64,000 nucleotides of DNA from Okamejei kenojei (GCA_035221665.1 CM069153.1:40114001-40178000), one strand, 5' to 3'. Shown: positions 24,833 to 38,356, numbered from the stretch's first letter. Made by a program: numbers and translations. Notes: generated from the letters alone by a model not told the origin.

Positions 24833-25434
24833 CACTGCGCTGGGAGGATCTGATTTTGCAAGGAGGTGTTTCCAGTACCAAAGGAGAATGTCGCTGAGTT
24901 ATGTCTTCATTGATATTAATTCCTAAATAAACTCCTGAGGTACTATGGCAGCTTGTATCTTGGAGTAAATCAGTGTTTCATGAGTTATGTATAACAGCAC
25001 AAGTCACTTAATAATGCTGCGTGAGGTTGGTTTAGTAAAGTTTAGTTTAGTTTGGAGAAACAATGAGGAAACAGGCCCTTCGGCCCACTGAGTCCGTGCC
25101 GACTACTAGTACTATCCTACCGAATAGGAACAAATTACAGAAGCCAATTCATCTGCAAACCTCTCATTCCTGAACCAGATTTTATGACAGGTTCTTTCCT
25201 CAGAAAACTGTCTTCCCTGGCTGATTATCATTGTTTCTGCAAGCAGGAGTTTACTCTTTGTTCTACCTTCTGCTCTCCAATTTCACACCATCCTCTTTCT
25301 CGCATCTTGTGTATAATGAGCTGTATAAGATTATTGTTATGTCGCTCCAGACCTTTTGATAAGAACTTTAGGCAGCAAAGCACTCAATTTAGTAGCTATG
25401 GCATTGATTTGTCAATTATAATTAACTCCTGAGG

Positions 25435-26155
25435 TTAGTTTAGTTTACTTTAGTTTAGTTTAGTCTAGTTTAGTTTAGTCGGGAGATACAGCACAATGAC
25501 AGGCTCTTCGGCCGACTGAGTCCACGCTGACCAGTGATCCCCGCACATTACCTTCTGCATTTTGCAGTCGGCAGGGCAGTACGCTGCATATCGCCAACGT
25601 GGACAACTTTACATTTTTATCAAGCCAATTAACCTACAAACCTGTACGTCTTTGGAGTGTGGGAGGAAACCGAAGATCTCGGATAAAAACCCATGCAGAT
25701 CACGGGGAGAACGTACAAACTCCATACAGACAGCCCCTGTAGTCGGGATCGAACCCGGGTCTCTGGCGCTGCATTTTGCTGCAAGGCAGCAACTCTACCG
25801 CTGCGCCACCGTGACCGCCCAGTGCCACCGTGACTGCCCCCACACATACAAGGGGCAATTTACATTTACACCAAGCTAATTAACCTACAAAACCTGTACA
25901 TCTTTGGAGTGTGGGAGGAAACCAAAGATCTCGGAGAAAACCCACGTGGTCATGGGGAGAACACACAAACTCCATACAGCCAGCACCCGTAGTCAGGAAC
26001 AAACCGGGGTCTCTGGCATTGAAAGGGCTGTATGGTAGCAACTCTATTGCCGCGCCACCGTGCTGCCCTTTAGTTTAGTTTAGTTTAGTCTAGAGATACA
26101 ACATGGAACAGGCCCATCGAGTCCACACGGACAATCAATCACCCATTCACACTAA
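25435..26155 (-). mobile_element. Cluster of tandem HE1-like V-SINEs
   Basis: Two SINE bodies (25435-25830 and 25840-26068) plus a tail fragment. Confidence 0.8.
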
Positions 26156-26585
26156 ATGCAAATGTAAGATCGGCCTTTCCTGAGAGGAATCCACTCTCTG
26201 TGAGTTTGGTTAAACAAACTCATTAAGTGGATGACGTTACAACTGCAGGAGATATCAACCAAGAGACAAAGATTGCACCACCATCACACTTCCCAGTGCT
26301 TTTTTTTTAACTGTTTCTGCATTTTACCCCTGAATGCGGCTTTAAATCTAAATAGTGTATTGTTCACCTTATTATTTGTTGCATTTAAACACACAAGGCT
26401 CTGTACATTAGGCCTACCTGTTCTGGATCTGGGTCTGATGCCAGCAGGATCTGTTGAAAGAATATTAAAATTAATGCAATGTAAATAATTGGTATATTGT
26501 TATAAAACATTCATTAAACATATCGTTGAATAGATGTGTTAATTTTTGGAGATGTAACCTTTCTACATTATGATAGAATTTCACT

Positions 26586-26725
26586 GGGGTGATGGGAGAT
26601 TGCAAACTTCACGTGGTCCACCCTGTTTCGACGAATACAATCAACCTGGCGTGCACAAACAGAAGATCAAACTGAACAAGTTGTCTTACAACTTTAGGCT
26701 GAGCACGCCATACGCAAGAAGAAGA
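26586..26725 (+). mobile_element. Short (~140 bp) AAG-tailed retroposon, copy 1
   Basis: TSD tagaatt(t/a)cact; homologous to 39727-39859 and 49236-49371. Confidence 0.8.
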
Positions 26726-27589
26726 TAGAATTACACTGCATCTAGGTACATGTGACAATAAAGTATCATTGAGTCAATGATACCATTAAGATCATCAGCA
26801 TTGAAAGTAAATCTATATCCACGTCCTCAAGATGAGCTGGGCAACGACACAATGCTGAGTTACCATCCTTATAAAAAATCTGTACAAAATCTATAAAAGC
26901 AAGTATCAGCATTTTTGAAACCACACAATGCAAATCTTTATTTCAAGAGGTTTCATACACAACTTTAAGGTTAAAATATTACAGGAATGAAGTGAAAGAA
27001 CTCAAAGCATTCGTAGAAGGGAAGCTAACAGAGTGAGCCCCTTTGACATAGACTCCATTCTTGCTCCTCTCGGCAGGCTCGGGGTCAGAAAATCCACAGC
27101 AAAATAACCTTCGGCAAGAAGGAAGCACACCAGGAAACAAAGTATAACAGGAGATAAGCAATTCATTTATGATATACTAACATACTCCGAACTCCAAAAC
27201 TGAAACCCTTCAAAAAGCATTACAAGTGAGCCTCAACTGCTCAATGGTATTGCATTGATATTGTATGGATGAGAATAGCTCCTGACCCATTACTCATTAT
27301 TAGAATTTCAACATGGGAATGAGGTTTGTGAATGCTAACACAACAACCTCAAATCCCAGACATAAAATCCGCAGAGCTACAAATCAGAACCTTCAGGTAA
27401 CAATGCTAAATTCAGCGAGCCACCTGAAATTTGCTGCAGTTTGTGCTTTTTTTTAAAATCATAGCAGTTGCAATCTTCTTTCATCTATGAACGGTCAAAT
27501 CCAATCAGGAATCTGGGCTACCTTCAAAATTTTAGTTGTCAAGAGTTCCACTCACTAGATTAACATTTGCTCTGCAGGGCATTTTAATT

Positions 27590-27835
27590 TACTTTAGAGA
27601 TGCAGTGTGGAAACAGGCCCTTCGACCCATCGAGTCTGCGCCAACCAGCGATCACCCGTACATCAATTCTATCCTACACAGTTTGGACAATTTCCAGAAG
27701 CCAATTAACCTACAAACCTGCGCATTTTTGGAATGTGGGTGGAACTCGGAGCATCCGGAGAAAACGCACGTGGTCACAGGGAGAACGTGCAAACTTCATT
27801 CAGACAACACCAATATTCAGCATCAAACCCAGGTT
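27590..27835 (-). mobile_element. HE1-like V-SINE (partial)
   Basis: SINE core and tail. Confidence 0.75.
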
Positions 27836-30800
27836 CAAATTCACCCCATAAATGTTGTTCAATCACCGAAAGCACAGCTTTACGCATTCGAACACACCAT
27901 GACCATTGACTGTATTTGATTAAAAACACTCCTGTTTTCATTTCCCGTGCCTCAGGAATGACTGAAAGACAAGATCAATTAACTCGGTTGTCCCATTGCG
28001 GATGAATCCTTTGTGAGGCAGAGTTCCTCATCAAGTCAGAAATGTAACCTGGATACCAATGTAAAACACAACGACCTGAAAACCCAGACATAAAATCTGC
28101 AGAGCTCTTAACCAGAATGTCTACGTCACAGTGCCAAGTTCAGCAGACCTCCTGACATTTCTACATGAGCAAGTCATTAAAAATATCTCACCTAGATTTT
28201 CAGAAAGGCCATCACTCCAGGTTTAATATTATCATTGTCCTACCTCGGACACATGACAATAAACTCTCTTGACCTGACATGTCATTAGTTAGTGTGTCAT
28301 TTGTTAGATGTTGTGCAGAGGAGAAATATGGATTAAAGATTCTGCAAATGGTGAAAAATGACTTTACTATTAAATCATCCATGGCTTCACGATTCAATGA
28401 ATAGTAAGGTTTGGGGTTTGGAGCCTGAAAGGTTTGGATCCAAAATCAAACAATCAGGTTAAAGGCCTTTTCATTCTGACATTTGCCACTGTAAACAGTG
28501 TGCATGATGAAGTGTTTCAAACATTAACTTTGATACCAAAACTCCAAGAACATTTGTCTTGAAACAATTTTAAAAGGAGCATATTTCGTAGCATTAAAAG
28601 GCTTTAATAAGTTCTCAGAGCAGAATTAGGCCATTCAGCCATCGTCTACTCCACCATTCAATCATAGCTGATCTATCTTTCCGTCTCAACCCCATTCTCC
28701 TGCCTTCTCCCCATAACCCCCGACACCCTTACTAATCAAGAATCTGTAAATCTCCACCTTAAAAATTCCCATTGGCTTTCAACATTCACCCATTCATATG
28801 TGTGCAAATGTATGTTTAAAACTTTTTTTAAATGTTTTAATTCATAAAACATAAGTTCGAAAATGCAGTTCAGATGACAAACGTTGAAAGCAGCAAGGAT
28901 TTCCCATGTAGTTTCCATTTGGACACGCGCAGCCTGATCTCCATTGCTGTCTGTGTGGAGTTTGCATGTTCTCCCTGTGACAGATTGGGTTTCCTTCAAT
29001 TGCTCTGGTTTCACCACATTCCACAAACATCCAGGCTGCTAAGTCAATTGGCCACTGTAAATTGACCTCCAAGTGAGCTGGTGAATTGTAAAATCTATGG
29101 GGAGTTGATGGGAATGTGGAGAGGTTAAAATGGGATCAGTATTAGATTTTAAAAAAGGCACTGCTTGTTAGTCCATGAAGATTCAGTGGACTGGAAGGCC
29201 TATTTCTGAAAGAAAAGGCACTACATAACTCTATTTATCATTCTGAAGGACAACTCCATTAATTTAATTTATCCCTCAGAACGTAAAATATAAATTATAT
29301 CTTCGTAGAATGTGCCCTACATGTGTGAGTGTGTAATGTCTGGCTATGAGCGGTAAATTGTTCTGACAGGAATTAAAATAAACAGCAGCTATTACGAACT
29401 TGGTAGGACTCAGGTGTGGTGAAAGTGGAAAGCATCAGAAGAAATGTTTGCATTGGACCATGACGTATTCTTGATATGTTATTGTCTTAAGAGGTCAGAG
29501 AAATTATTTGTGGGTGAGGTATAATGTTACTGCAATGAATGCCGGTTGTGTGCCATTGTGACTATGTGGGCCGTGGCAGCTACAGCCTTCTGAAGGAATG
29601 TGAACTGAGAAATAATTAACTGGCCTGCTCGTGATTCTAACTGTGTGTGGAAGGGATGTGTGCAACATATTAGGTTAGAGACCTGAGGTAACCCTTACTC
29701 AAATAAAGATTACTTTATCAGAAAAATTACTAATCAGTACATAAAAACAATGAGCTGAAATGTCATTAATGTGTGATCCAAAGACTTTACATCTGCAATT
29801 ACTGACAACTCCCTCAAGAGAGTTTTATTGTCATGTGTCCCTGATAGGACATTGCATGCGAGAGGTGCAGCTATACTAATGTAGTTTAGTGTAGTTCAAA
29901 GATAGCATGGAAACAGGCCCTTGGCCCATCAAATCCATGCCGACCATCGATCACTAGTTCACACCAGTTCTGTGTCATCCCACTTTCTCAACCACTCCCC
30001 ATACACTAGGGGCAATTTTACAGAGGCCAATTAACCTACCAATATTGTAACAGTAACAACAGAACCAGAGCTTTATCAAAATAAAGGAGTCTAGCAAGGT
30101 ATTGCGTGCGAGAGGTGCAGGAATATGTGCATGCTTGTTAAATTTCCATGCGTGTGTCAATGTGTTGATGGTTAAATGTTTTATCTGTGAATCTTCATCA
30201 TTTGGTTTCATTTCTGGTTGATGCCAAAATGTTTGTCATAACTATTTTCATGGAGAATAGCTTTGAGATGAAGCACGGGGCATGGAATGGTGGTGTAATT
30301 CAAGGATAGGCCAGCACGGTGGTTTAGCCAAAGTTGCTGCCAGACAGCTCCACGGTTCTGGGTTCAAATCCAATCTCGGGTGCTGTCTTTGTAGAGTTTG
30401 CAAGTTCTCCCTGAGAATGCATGGATTTCCCTTGGGAACTCCAGTTTCATCCCATGTAGTAAGTATGTGTTGGGAGGTTAATTGACTACTGTGTAAATCA
30501 CCCCTAATGTTAGGAGATAGCAAGGGAATTGGGAGGGTGCGGTGGTGTTGGGATTGGGGGATTATGGAGGGGAATTGGACTGAGAACCAACATGGACCTG
30601 ATGGGAGGAATGGCTCCTTTCCATACTGTAAATTATATGTGACAAACATATAGAAGCATTGTTTTGTTGTAGGAAGGAACTACAGATGTTGGTTTAAACC
30701 GAAGATAGACACAAAATGCTGGAATAACTCAGCAGGACAGGCAGCATCTCTGAAGGAATGGGTGATGTTTCAGGTCGAGACCCTTCTTCACACTTCATTG

Positions 30801-32383
30801 TTTGCTGGGAGTAACTAGGTTTATTAGGCTATTTTGTCATGTTTTCAAATTTATGCTCTGTTTCTTAAAGTAATTTTTTTAGCTCCTTTAGTACAGTAAT
30901 TCATCTTTTTATTGCTCAACTGCAGCTTTCAAAAAGAAATTGGACTGATTTTTAACTCTCTCTCTCTCTCTCTGATATCTCCAACACATGGGGAACTCCC
31001 CTATGTGGCTCAGCGGGACAGAACACATCCTCTGTGCTAACAAGATGCAAAATCACAAGGCACTAACCTACTTTAGGTTTAGGTTTAGATTGAGGTTTCG
31101 CTTTAGGTGTATTACAATCACGTGTACCGAGGTACAAAGTTGTGTTTTGCATTCTGTCCAAACAGACATACTGTACTCAAATCCAACCATGTCAAACTCA
31201 AGTGATTAGAAGCCTTACCTCTGTTCAGTGGGTTACCCTCATCCACTATTTACCTGCCTGTTCCATTAAAACTCCTCAGAGCAGTGATCATGCTGAATTT
31301 CCTGCGTCAGCCGCCTCTCATAGAAATTTCACGGTCTGGGATCGTGATCAGTGTCTGCTTTTAATTGTGAAAGTAAGGAGTGTTCAGATTCTTCCAGGGA
31401 ATAGACATTCCTATGTGTTGAGGTCAAAAAACCCCACCGCACTTGTGTAATTTTTCCCACAAACATGAACAAATAGGTACAACTGCTTTGTTTGAGGGGA
31501 ATTCCCCTTCAATAATATGTTGACTCTGAGGCAAAGGATAATAACCTACTTATCCTTACCTTTTGTTCCTAAGCAACCTTTAATTATGAAACATTAAAAA
31601 AAATCAAACAAGAGGCATGTAAGAATTTACATCATGTCTAGAGTAAGACAGATCTTACATTTTTGCAACGTCGGGGATTTTTGATAATTAGGCTGATTGC
31701 AATGAAGGAAAGTTTGATTTCTTGCTGAACGGTTTCCAAACAATATCTTTCTGAAACTGACTATTGTTTTCTATAAATTATTCACTAATTTTTTTAGAGA
31801 GCTTGCATTAAAATAACACACATATATTGTTTCTGGGCACATGACAAGTGATAGGCGCCTGACGGAAACTATTCATCCAATTTCCACTGAAAATTGCAAT
31901 GGTTTCTCCTTCAAAATTATAAAAAAATTTCCAAACATTTATCAAAATATTACCCAAAATCTATCTGCGTAACCCCAAATCTTTTAACTATCTCCTCATT
32001 TCCCGCGAACTGTTTTAAATTGTTGTGACTCCCCAAGATGAGGAAATAAATTCTCCCATTCAAGCACTTAATCATTTAATGCGCTTCAATTAAAATTCCA
32101 AGCCTCCTTTGCTTTAGTGAAAATAAACACAGTGTATAATTTCTCTTCATAATTTTAAAGATATATCCCTGCAATTAACGGTGTTCAAGGTTTAAACAGC
32201 GTGCAAAACACGAGTAGACTAGACAATATCTGTACATAATGTTGAGCGTACAGATTGCAGTCCAAAGTGTTATGTGAAACACTTATTTTGTGCACAGATT
32301 CATGATGCCCTTAGCAATAGAATGAATCCAGGGTGTTCACTTTGTAAGTGAGCGCCATTTGGATTGAATGGCTAATCCCTTAT

Positions 32384-32974
32384 GGGCCTGTCCCACTTAG
32401 GCAACTTTTTAGACGACTGCAGGAGACTATGCAGTCAGTCACATGGTCGCCACATGTTTGCGGGTAGTTGCCGGGCAGTCGCCTTCATGGTCGCGAGGAG
32501 TTCCCGCATTCTGGGAACTAGTCGCGGCCTCATTATGGTCGCCGCTAATTTTTCAACATGAATGAAGTCGCCATGGAGAGTAGCGAGAATTCTTGTGCCG
32601 TAGGTGGGTCGCCAGAATGTCCTAATGGGTCGCCAGGAGGTCAAAGGTTCTCGGAGGTTCTCGTAGGTTGGAGCCGGTGCTGACTGGTGAATTTCATTGG
32701 CTCATTGGGAAAAAAAGGTAAGCAGTAATTTTCAGAACCAAGGATAATCGACGGTAACGTTAAATGTCCACCGAGCTTCACAGCCCTGTCTAAAAAANNN
32801 NNNNNNNNNNNNNNNNNNNNNNNNNNNNNNNNNNNNNNNNNNNNNNNNNNNNNNNNNNNNNNNNNNNNNNNNNNNNNNNNNNNNNNNNNNNNNNNNNNNN
32901 NNNNNNNNNNNNNNNNNNNNNNNNNNNNNNNNNNNNNNNNNNNNNNNNNNNNNNGTCCGCTGAAAAATCGCCCA
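32384..32974. mobile_element. MITE-like DNA element (gggcctgtcccactt terminus) spanning an assembly gap
   Basis: Left end resembles the TIR of the other MITEs and shares the internal ttttcaacatg motif; only part of the expected right TIR (aaaaatcgccca) is present. Confidence 0.55.
32798..32954. other. Assembly gap (157 N)
   Basis: Run of n characters. Confidence 1.
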
Positions 32975-35900
32975 TTTTACTTCGGAGTCACGCGAGTGAA
33001 TACGTGAAGAAGACCCCGCCTGGCACATGCTGGGCATTACATCGACGCAGGTGAAGCTCCGACAGGGTGGATAGTGCAGCTCCCACCAGCGGAAGTTTAA
33101 CCCGCAGGTAAGTCGCTGTTGAACTTTCTTGCTAGTGGGTTTAAACTCTGTAAGTCTGCAGAGCCAGCTAGAGTGCTGATGTATTTTGAAAATTTTTCTA
33201 AAACTCTGTAACTCTGGCTCGTAATACGGAGCCAGCTAGAGTGAATGTATTTTTAAACTGCGGTAATTGAATAGAACGCAGTTTCCGATTTAGATTGGAT
33301 CGGGAGATAAAGGCTGCTTTAAAAGCCGGCTCCCGCTATTTACTGCTATTTAGATCGGGTTTGGAGATAACGGCTGCGCTAAATGCCGGCTCCAAATACC
33401 CAGTAATTGTAAAATAAAGTCTGCTCTGAGTATATGTTACCAGATGCAGTTTTCTTTATGGAAATGTATATAACCCTATGTGATACTGAGGTTAATACAA
33501 ATATTCTGCAAGCAGAATGTGCCTATCAGAATTACAATTTTAAACATATATGGTTTATGCACAAATACAAGACAGTAAAGAAGTAACTCTCCTCCAAGGG
33601 AGGACAAGAATGTGGGAGAGGCTGGAAATGGAGAAAATGCTCCACACTTGACTTAGTCAAGGGTTCTTGACCCAGGTATGTCTTCCTGTAAGGCAGGCTC
33701 CAAAGGAGTTTCCATACGCTGAGTATGGTTCCTATGAAAATGGGATTCTGATTCTCCAGTACCTTGGTTAGGTCTGGATGAGATCCCTAGAGCAAGATAA
33801 AATGCTCCAAATTCTAATCAGTCAAGGGTTCTAAAGACCCATGAGATTCTAAGGCAGGCTCCGAAGGAGTTTCCATACACTGAGTATGGTGCCTATAAAG
33901 AATGAGAATCTCATTCACCAGTGCCTTACATAGGTCTGGATGAAGTATTTAGAGCGAAGACTCGGGAGTACCAGGGCAGGATGAAACTGACCCTGAAGCT
34001 GGTGTCCCTACTTATGTGTATACACCAGAGCACAATAGAAACGCTCCAGGTGTTCCCGATGTAGCACCAAGTTTTGCTATATCGGTATGGACTGGTGAGG
34101 CTATGGATGAACCTGGCAGCCAACATTATTTGGTTTCTCACCTACTCCAAGAAACTGTTATGACTGATACAGTAAAAAATATATATATAAACACCCATCT
34201 ATTGTGCCTCGCTCAGGGTGCCAACAGTAACTCAATAATTGGGCACCCATGAGTGTAACGATGCGAGGACAGGAAATGTGTTCCAGCATGTCCTCTAGCT
34301 GATATTCAGTTGGCATTACTGCATTTGGGGAAGACCTACATGGGTCAATAATGTCCAATACTTTTAAGACATGTTTGCGTTACTCTGCAATGCATATTCG
34401 AACCCAATTGTATGATGAAAATTGCCATTTGGCTAACATTATACCCAAAAAATGCAGGATTATGTGGGCAAGCTATAACCAGATTTATGATTGATGAAAA
34501 AACTGCCCAAACAATTAAGGATATTTGCCTTATAAAACTTCTCATCCCTGATTTGAGAAAACAAACAGGTTGAATACGAACCCCTATATTAAGAGAAGGA
34601 GATCTTCTGGTTCATTTACGGAAGTACAGAAACGTCATTCCATCACACATGGAATTTCTGGGAAACAACCTCTGGTTGGTTGTAAGATTACAATTGTTTT
34701 GTAATTCTGCATTAAATCTGATCGGCTTGGTGTTTGAATGTACCAGGAACTCGTCAGGTAGAGATAATATATCCCAGACACAAGTATGGGGGTTGCAGAG
34801 TCATTCTGGGACTCACAAGCTTAAATTTATAGTTCAGTATAGGCATTTTAAAAAAGTACACTTCAACACTGTAACCAAGTTGTTATCACAAGGCTGCTAT
34901 ATGGCTATTATTAGACCTAAAAAAGATGCCTTATTATTCAGGTACTTAAATTAATTGGATGGGTCAGCTGAAGGAATGACCTAATGGGTTAAATTCAGCC
35001 CTCAGATTGCTCACACAATTATTGAAACCAGCACTGGTGTTTATGAGGGCTCAGAATCACATTGTAATGACTTATGTAGAGGATATGTTAATTGTAAATG
35101 GGAGCAGCTGAAGAACTGGGTTCAACAACCATAAGCCTATTGAAAGGCTAAGGTTCTGTACATCCAAACAACATGTAAGTTACAGACATCCCAAACAATT
35201 GATTATTTGGAGGTTGTCATTAATACAGTTGATATGTCAGTAACTTTACCAACAATTAAGGTTGGGGATGTTACAAATGCCTGTACTTGTCTTGGTAAAA
35301 AACATTATCTCACCGTTCAAGAAGTAGCTACGGTTACTGGTAAAGTGATAGTGGTAAAGTAAAGTGATCAAAGTCTGCAAAGACCTGAGAATAAGCGTAA
35401 AAAGCGTGCAGGTCATTGATTAGGTCCATGCAGTTACCAACTAAAAGGTTGAGCTGAATTGCAATGATGGATTCTCAATGCACAAGTTACTAGAAGTAAA
35501 AATGTGCTTGTTCAGTAGTCTTCGGTGGTATTAAAGACTGATGGGAGTGCTCTCGGATGGGGAGTCAAGGACAGCGACACCAGTTGTGGTGGTCGATGGA
35601 CTGTCCAAGACGATTTAATTCTCCAAACACATGGTTTGAATTATTTGGAGTTATTGGGGGCGTTTTATGCATTGATAGCTGTTTGTTCTACAATAAAGAA
35701 CTTACATGTTCAATTACGAGTAGGCAATACCACAGCTGTGGGAGAAGACAATATTGTGGTAAGAAAACAGATCACGAAAGTTCAATGACAATACAGAATG
35801 AATGTTAAAATTCAAAAAGTTTAAAAAAAAGATTGTCAGACAGTATGAGTACCAAATGTTGATCTGTTGTGTCTGGATTAAATCTCCAGTGGTCTAAATG

Positions 35901-37741
35901 TGTCTCATGGGAGCCAGACCCAGGAGCATTAGCGGTGGATGCATTCTCGCTACATTGGGGAAGTATAGTCTTTCATGTTTTCGCCATTTTGCCTGATTAG
36001 GCAATGTGTCACCAAAATAGAGCAAGTCTCCGCCGCAGGCATTTGGTGGTTCCAAACTGGTATTGCTTCTCGGCCTTTTGGCTAAGATCAAGTGTAGTAT
36101 CTGTTCTTATCAGTTTAATATCTGATACGTCCCTTATCTAGGGACCATTACTACACAGCCATTGTTCCCATTCGTGCTCAGAATGATGATTCAGACATTC
36201 ATGACAAATCCCAGGTGCAGTAATTGTTGGTACATCCAGTAAAACAGAAGTCATCCATTACATGACCGTATTAATTGTTAATCTGCAGGTTCTGATGGAA
36301 TGTTGGATAGGACCATGGATGTCATAACTGCGGCTTGGAGATATAGCAGTAAGAAACAATATATGTTTCATATAAGGAATGGGAAATCTTTTGTATACAG
36401 TCAGATATCATACTGCAAACATGTATTGGAGTTCCTTGCTATGTTGCACCTGAGTTATAGTACCATTAATGGAGCTCGGAGTGCTTTGTCCTCCTATTTA
36501 GGACAATTTTCAGAACGACAATTTATCGGGTCTCATCCATTAATATCCCGATTTATGAGAGGAATTTTAATAAAATCCTACCAAACCCAGATATACAGAA
36601 ATCTGGGATGTCAGTATAGTTCTCACATTGCTTCAGCAATGGACTCCAATTACAACACTGTCTTTTCAGAAGTTAATATTTAAAGTGGTTATGCTGATGA
36701 CATTAATATCAGCACAATGAGTACAAACATTACAAATGTTGCGGTTACATTGTATGCAGTTGTCTGTAGTTAAAATGACGTTTTATGTCAATGATCTAAG
36801 CAAGCAAAGCAAGCCAAGAAAGGCAGGAACCAATGTAATCTTTAAGACATACTCTGTCAACTAAACTTTGTGTGTGGTTAAGCATCTGATTTAATGTATA
36901 TTGAATTAAGAGTCTCCGAGATTGTGAGACACCAATGTTCATTACCCACAAGAAACATATTAAAAAGTGACAGTACAAACTATTTCTAGATGGATAAACA
37001 GGTTCTGGATTAACTGGAGTAGACACTGATGTGTTTAAATCTCACTCCACAAGGGCAGTATCAATGTGCACGGCAAAGGTGCAGGACATGCCGCTCGACC
37101 AAATTCTGGAAACCGCAGGATGGTCTAAAGAGGAACTTTTCTAGATTTTATGATAAACCTGTTGTCACAGTGCCAGGGTTGCACATGCTGTGTTGGGTTC
37201 TGTTCAAATTGTTTGCTTTGTTGCATATCATTTCTTGTAATTTCCCCTGGGATAGAGGGGTTATTGCTTTTATTTTTATTATTATTATTAAAATATTAAA
37301 TGCATAATTTCAAGCAATTATATATTATTTACTCACTACTGTGTAAACTCAAGCAGTGTGTTGTATGGAATGATCTACAGCATGAAAATCACAGAGCTTC
37401 AAAACCTTCACGTAGTCACTCACGTGACTCCGAAGTAAAATAGTAAGATTAAATGAGAACTTACCAGTTTGAAGTTTGATCGTTATTTTATGAGGAGTTA
37501 TGATGAGGGATTACGTGCCCTCCACTCCCAACCCTCATAATATAAATGATCATCTGGTAGTTCTGGTCCATGTAAGCCTTACTATCTTACTCCGGCTATT
37601 GGTTCTGTGTTTTTCACGCCGCTGCTTTGAAGTATGCCGAGCATGCACCAGGCGGGGTCTTCTTCACGTAATCCCTCATCGTAACTCCTCATAAAATAAC
37701 GATCAAACTTCAAACTGGTAAGTTCTCATTTAATCTTACTA
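32975..37741 (+). mobile_element. DIRS1-type tyrosine-recombinase retrotransposon, full structure, ORFs degraded
   Basis: Inverted terminal repeats (about 33002-33055 and 37612-37669). Internal complementary region 37406-37517 matching both termini. Remnants of RT (about 34830-35350), RNase H (LKTDGSALGWG..LNYLELLGAFYAL..GNTTAV), MT-like region (DPGALAVDAFSLHWG) and tyrosine recombinase (AAWRYSSKKQY..LSYSTINGARSALS..SHPLISRFMRGI..SHSTRA..AGWS). Confidence 0.92.
36062..36148 (+). pseudogene. RNU2: U2 snRNA 5' fragment (3'-truncated pseudogene) inside the DIRS element
   Basis: attgcttctcggccttttggctaagatcaagtgtagtatctgttcttatcagtttaatatctgatacgtcc.. equals U2 nt 1 to about 87, including the branch-point recognition GTGTAGTA. 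Ends before the Sm site. Confidence 0.95.
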
Positions 37742-37939
37742 TTAACCTACTAAAGCATAATTGAAAATAACCTGCAACTTCAAAGTCTGCAGATGTCAAA
37801 TGGGCAACAATGCAGCAAGGAATCAGCAGCAGCAGTCAGTATCAAAGAATGCGGAGAGAAATGAGGAACAGAAAAGCCACACAAAATATAATCCTTCATT
37901 TTTCTTTTTTGGCCCTTACACACATACAAACAAGAGCAT

Positions 37940-38356
37940 TGAGTCATCGAGTCACAAAAACAGGCCCCTCGGCCCAAGCCGGTTCACCCAAGCCAACCAT
38001 GATGCCCATATAAGCTAGACTCATTTGCCCACATTTGACCATATTCATCTAAATATTTCCTACCCAGGTACCTATCCGATTGTTGCGGTACTTGCCTCTT
38101 CCACTTCCCCTGGCAGCTCAGTCTATATACCCACCACTCTCTGTGTGTAGTTGTTGCCCTTCAGGTTTCTATTAAATCATCCTTGATTCCTAACCTTGAT
38201 TCCCTGATCCTGGGGAAATACTTTATGCATTCGCCCTCACGACTTTATACACCTCTACAAGTTCACCCGTCAGCCTCCTGCGCTCCAAGGAATAAAGACC
38301 CAGCCTGCCCAACCTCAAGCTTTAGCTCTGCCCCTCAAGTCCTGGCAACATCCTCA
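37940..38356 (-). mobile_element. CR1-like LINE 3' fragment (diverged)
   Basis: Homologous to the CR1 subfamily at 63402-63873. Confidence 0.7.

Noticed and set aside
26985-27150. Plus-strand exon-like stretch (NEVKELKAFVEGKLTE)
   Set aside because: The implied intron is only about 44 nt, with no partner exons or recognisable homology.
31218-31345. Minus-strand segment with two donor-like sites
   Set aside because: No frame compatible with the gene; cannot be supported without transcripts.
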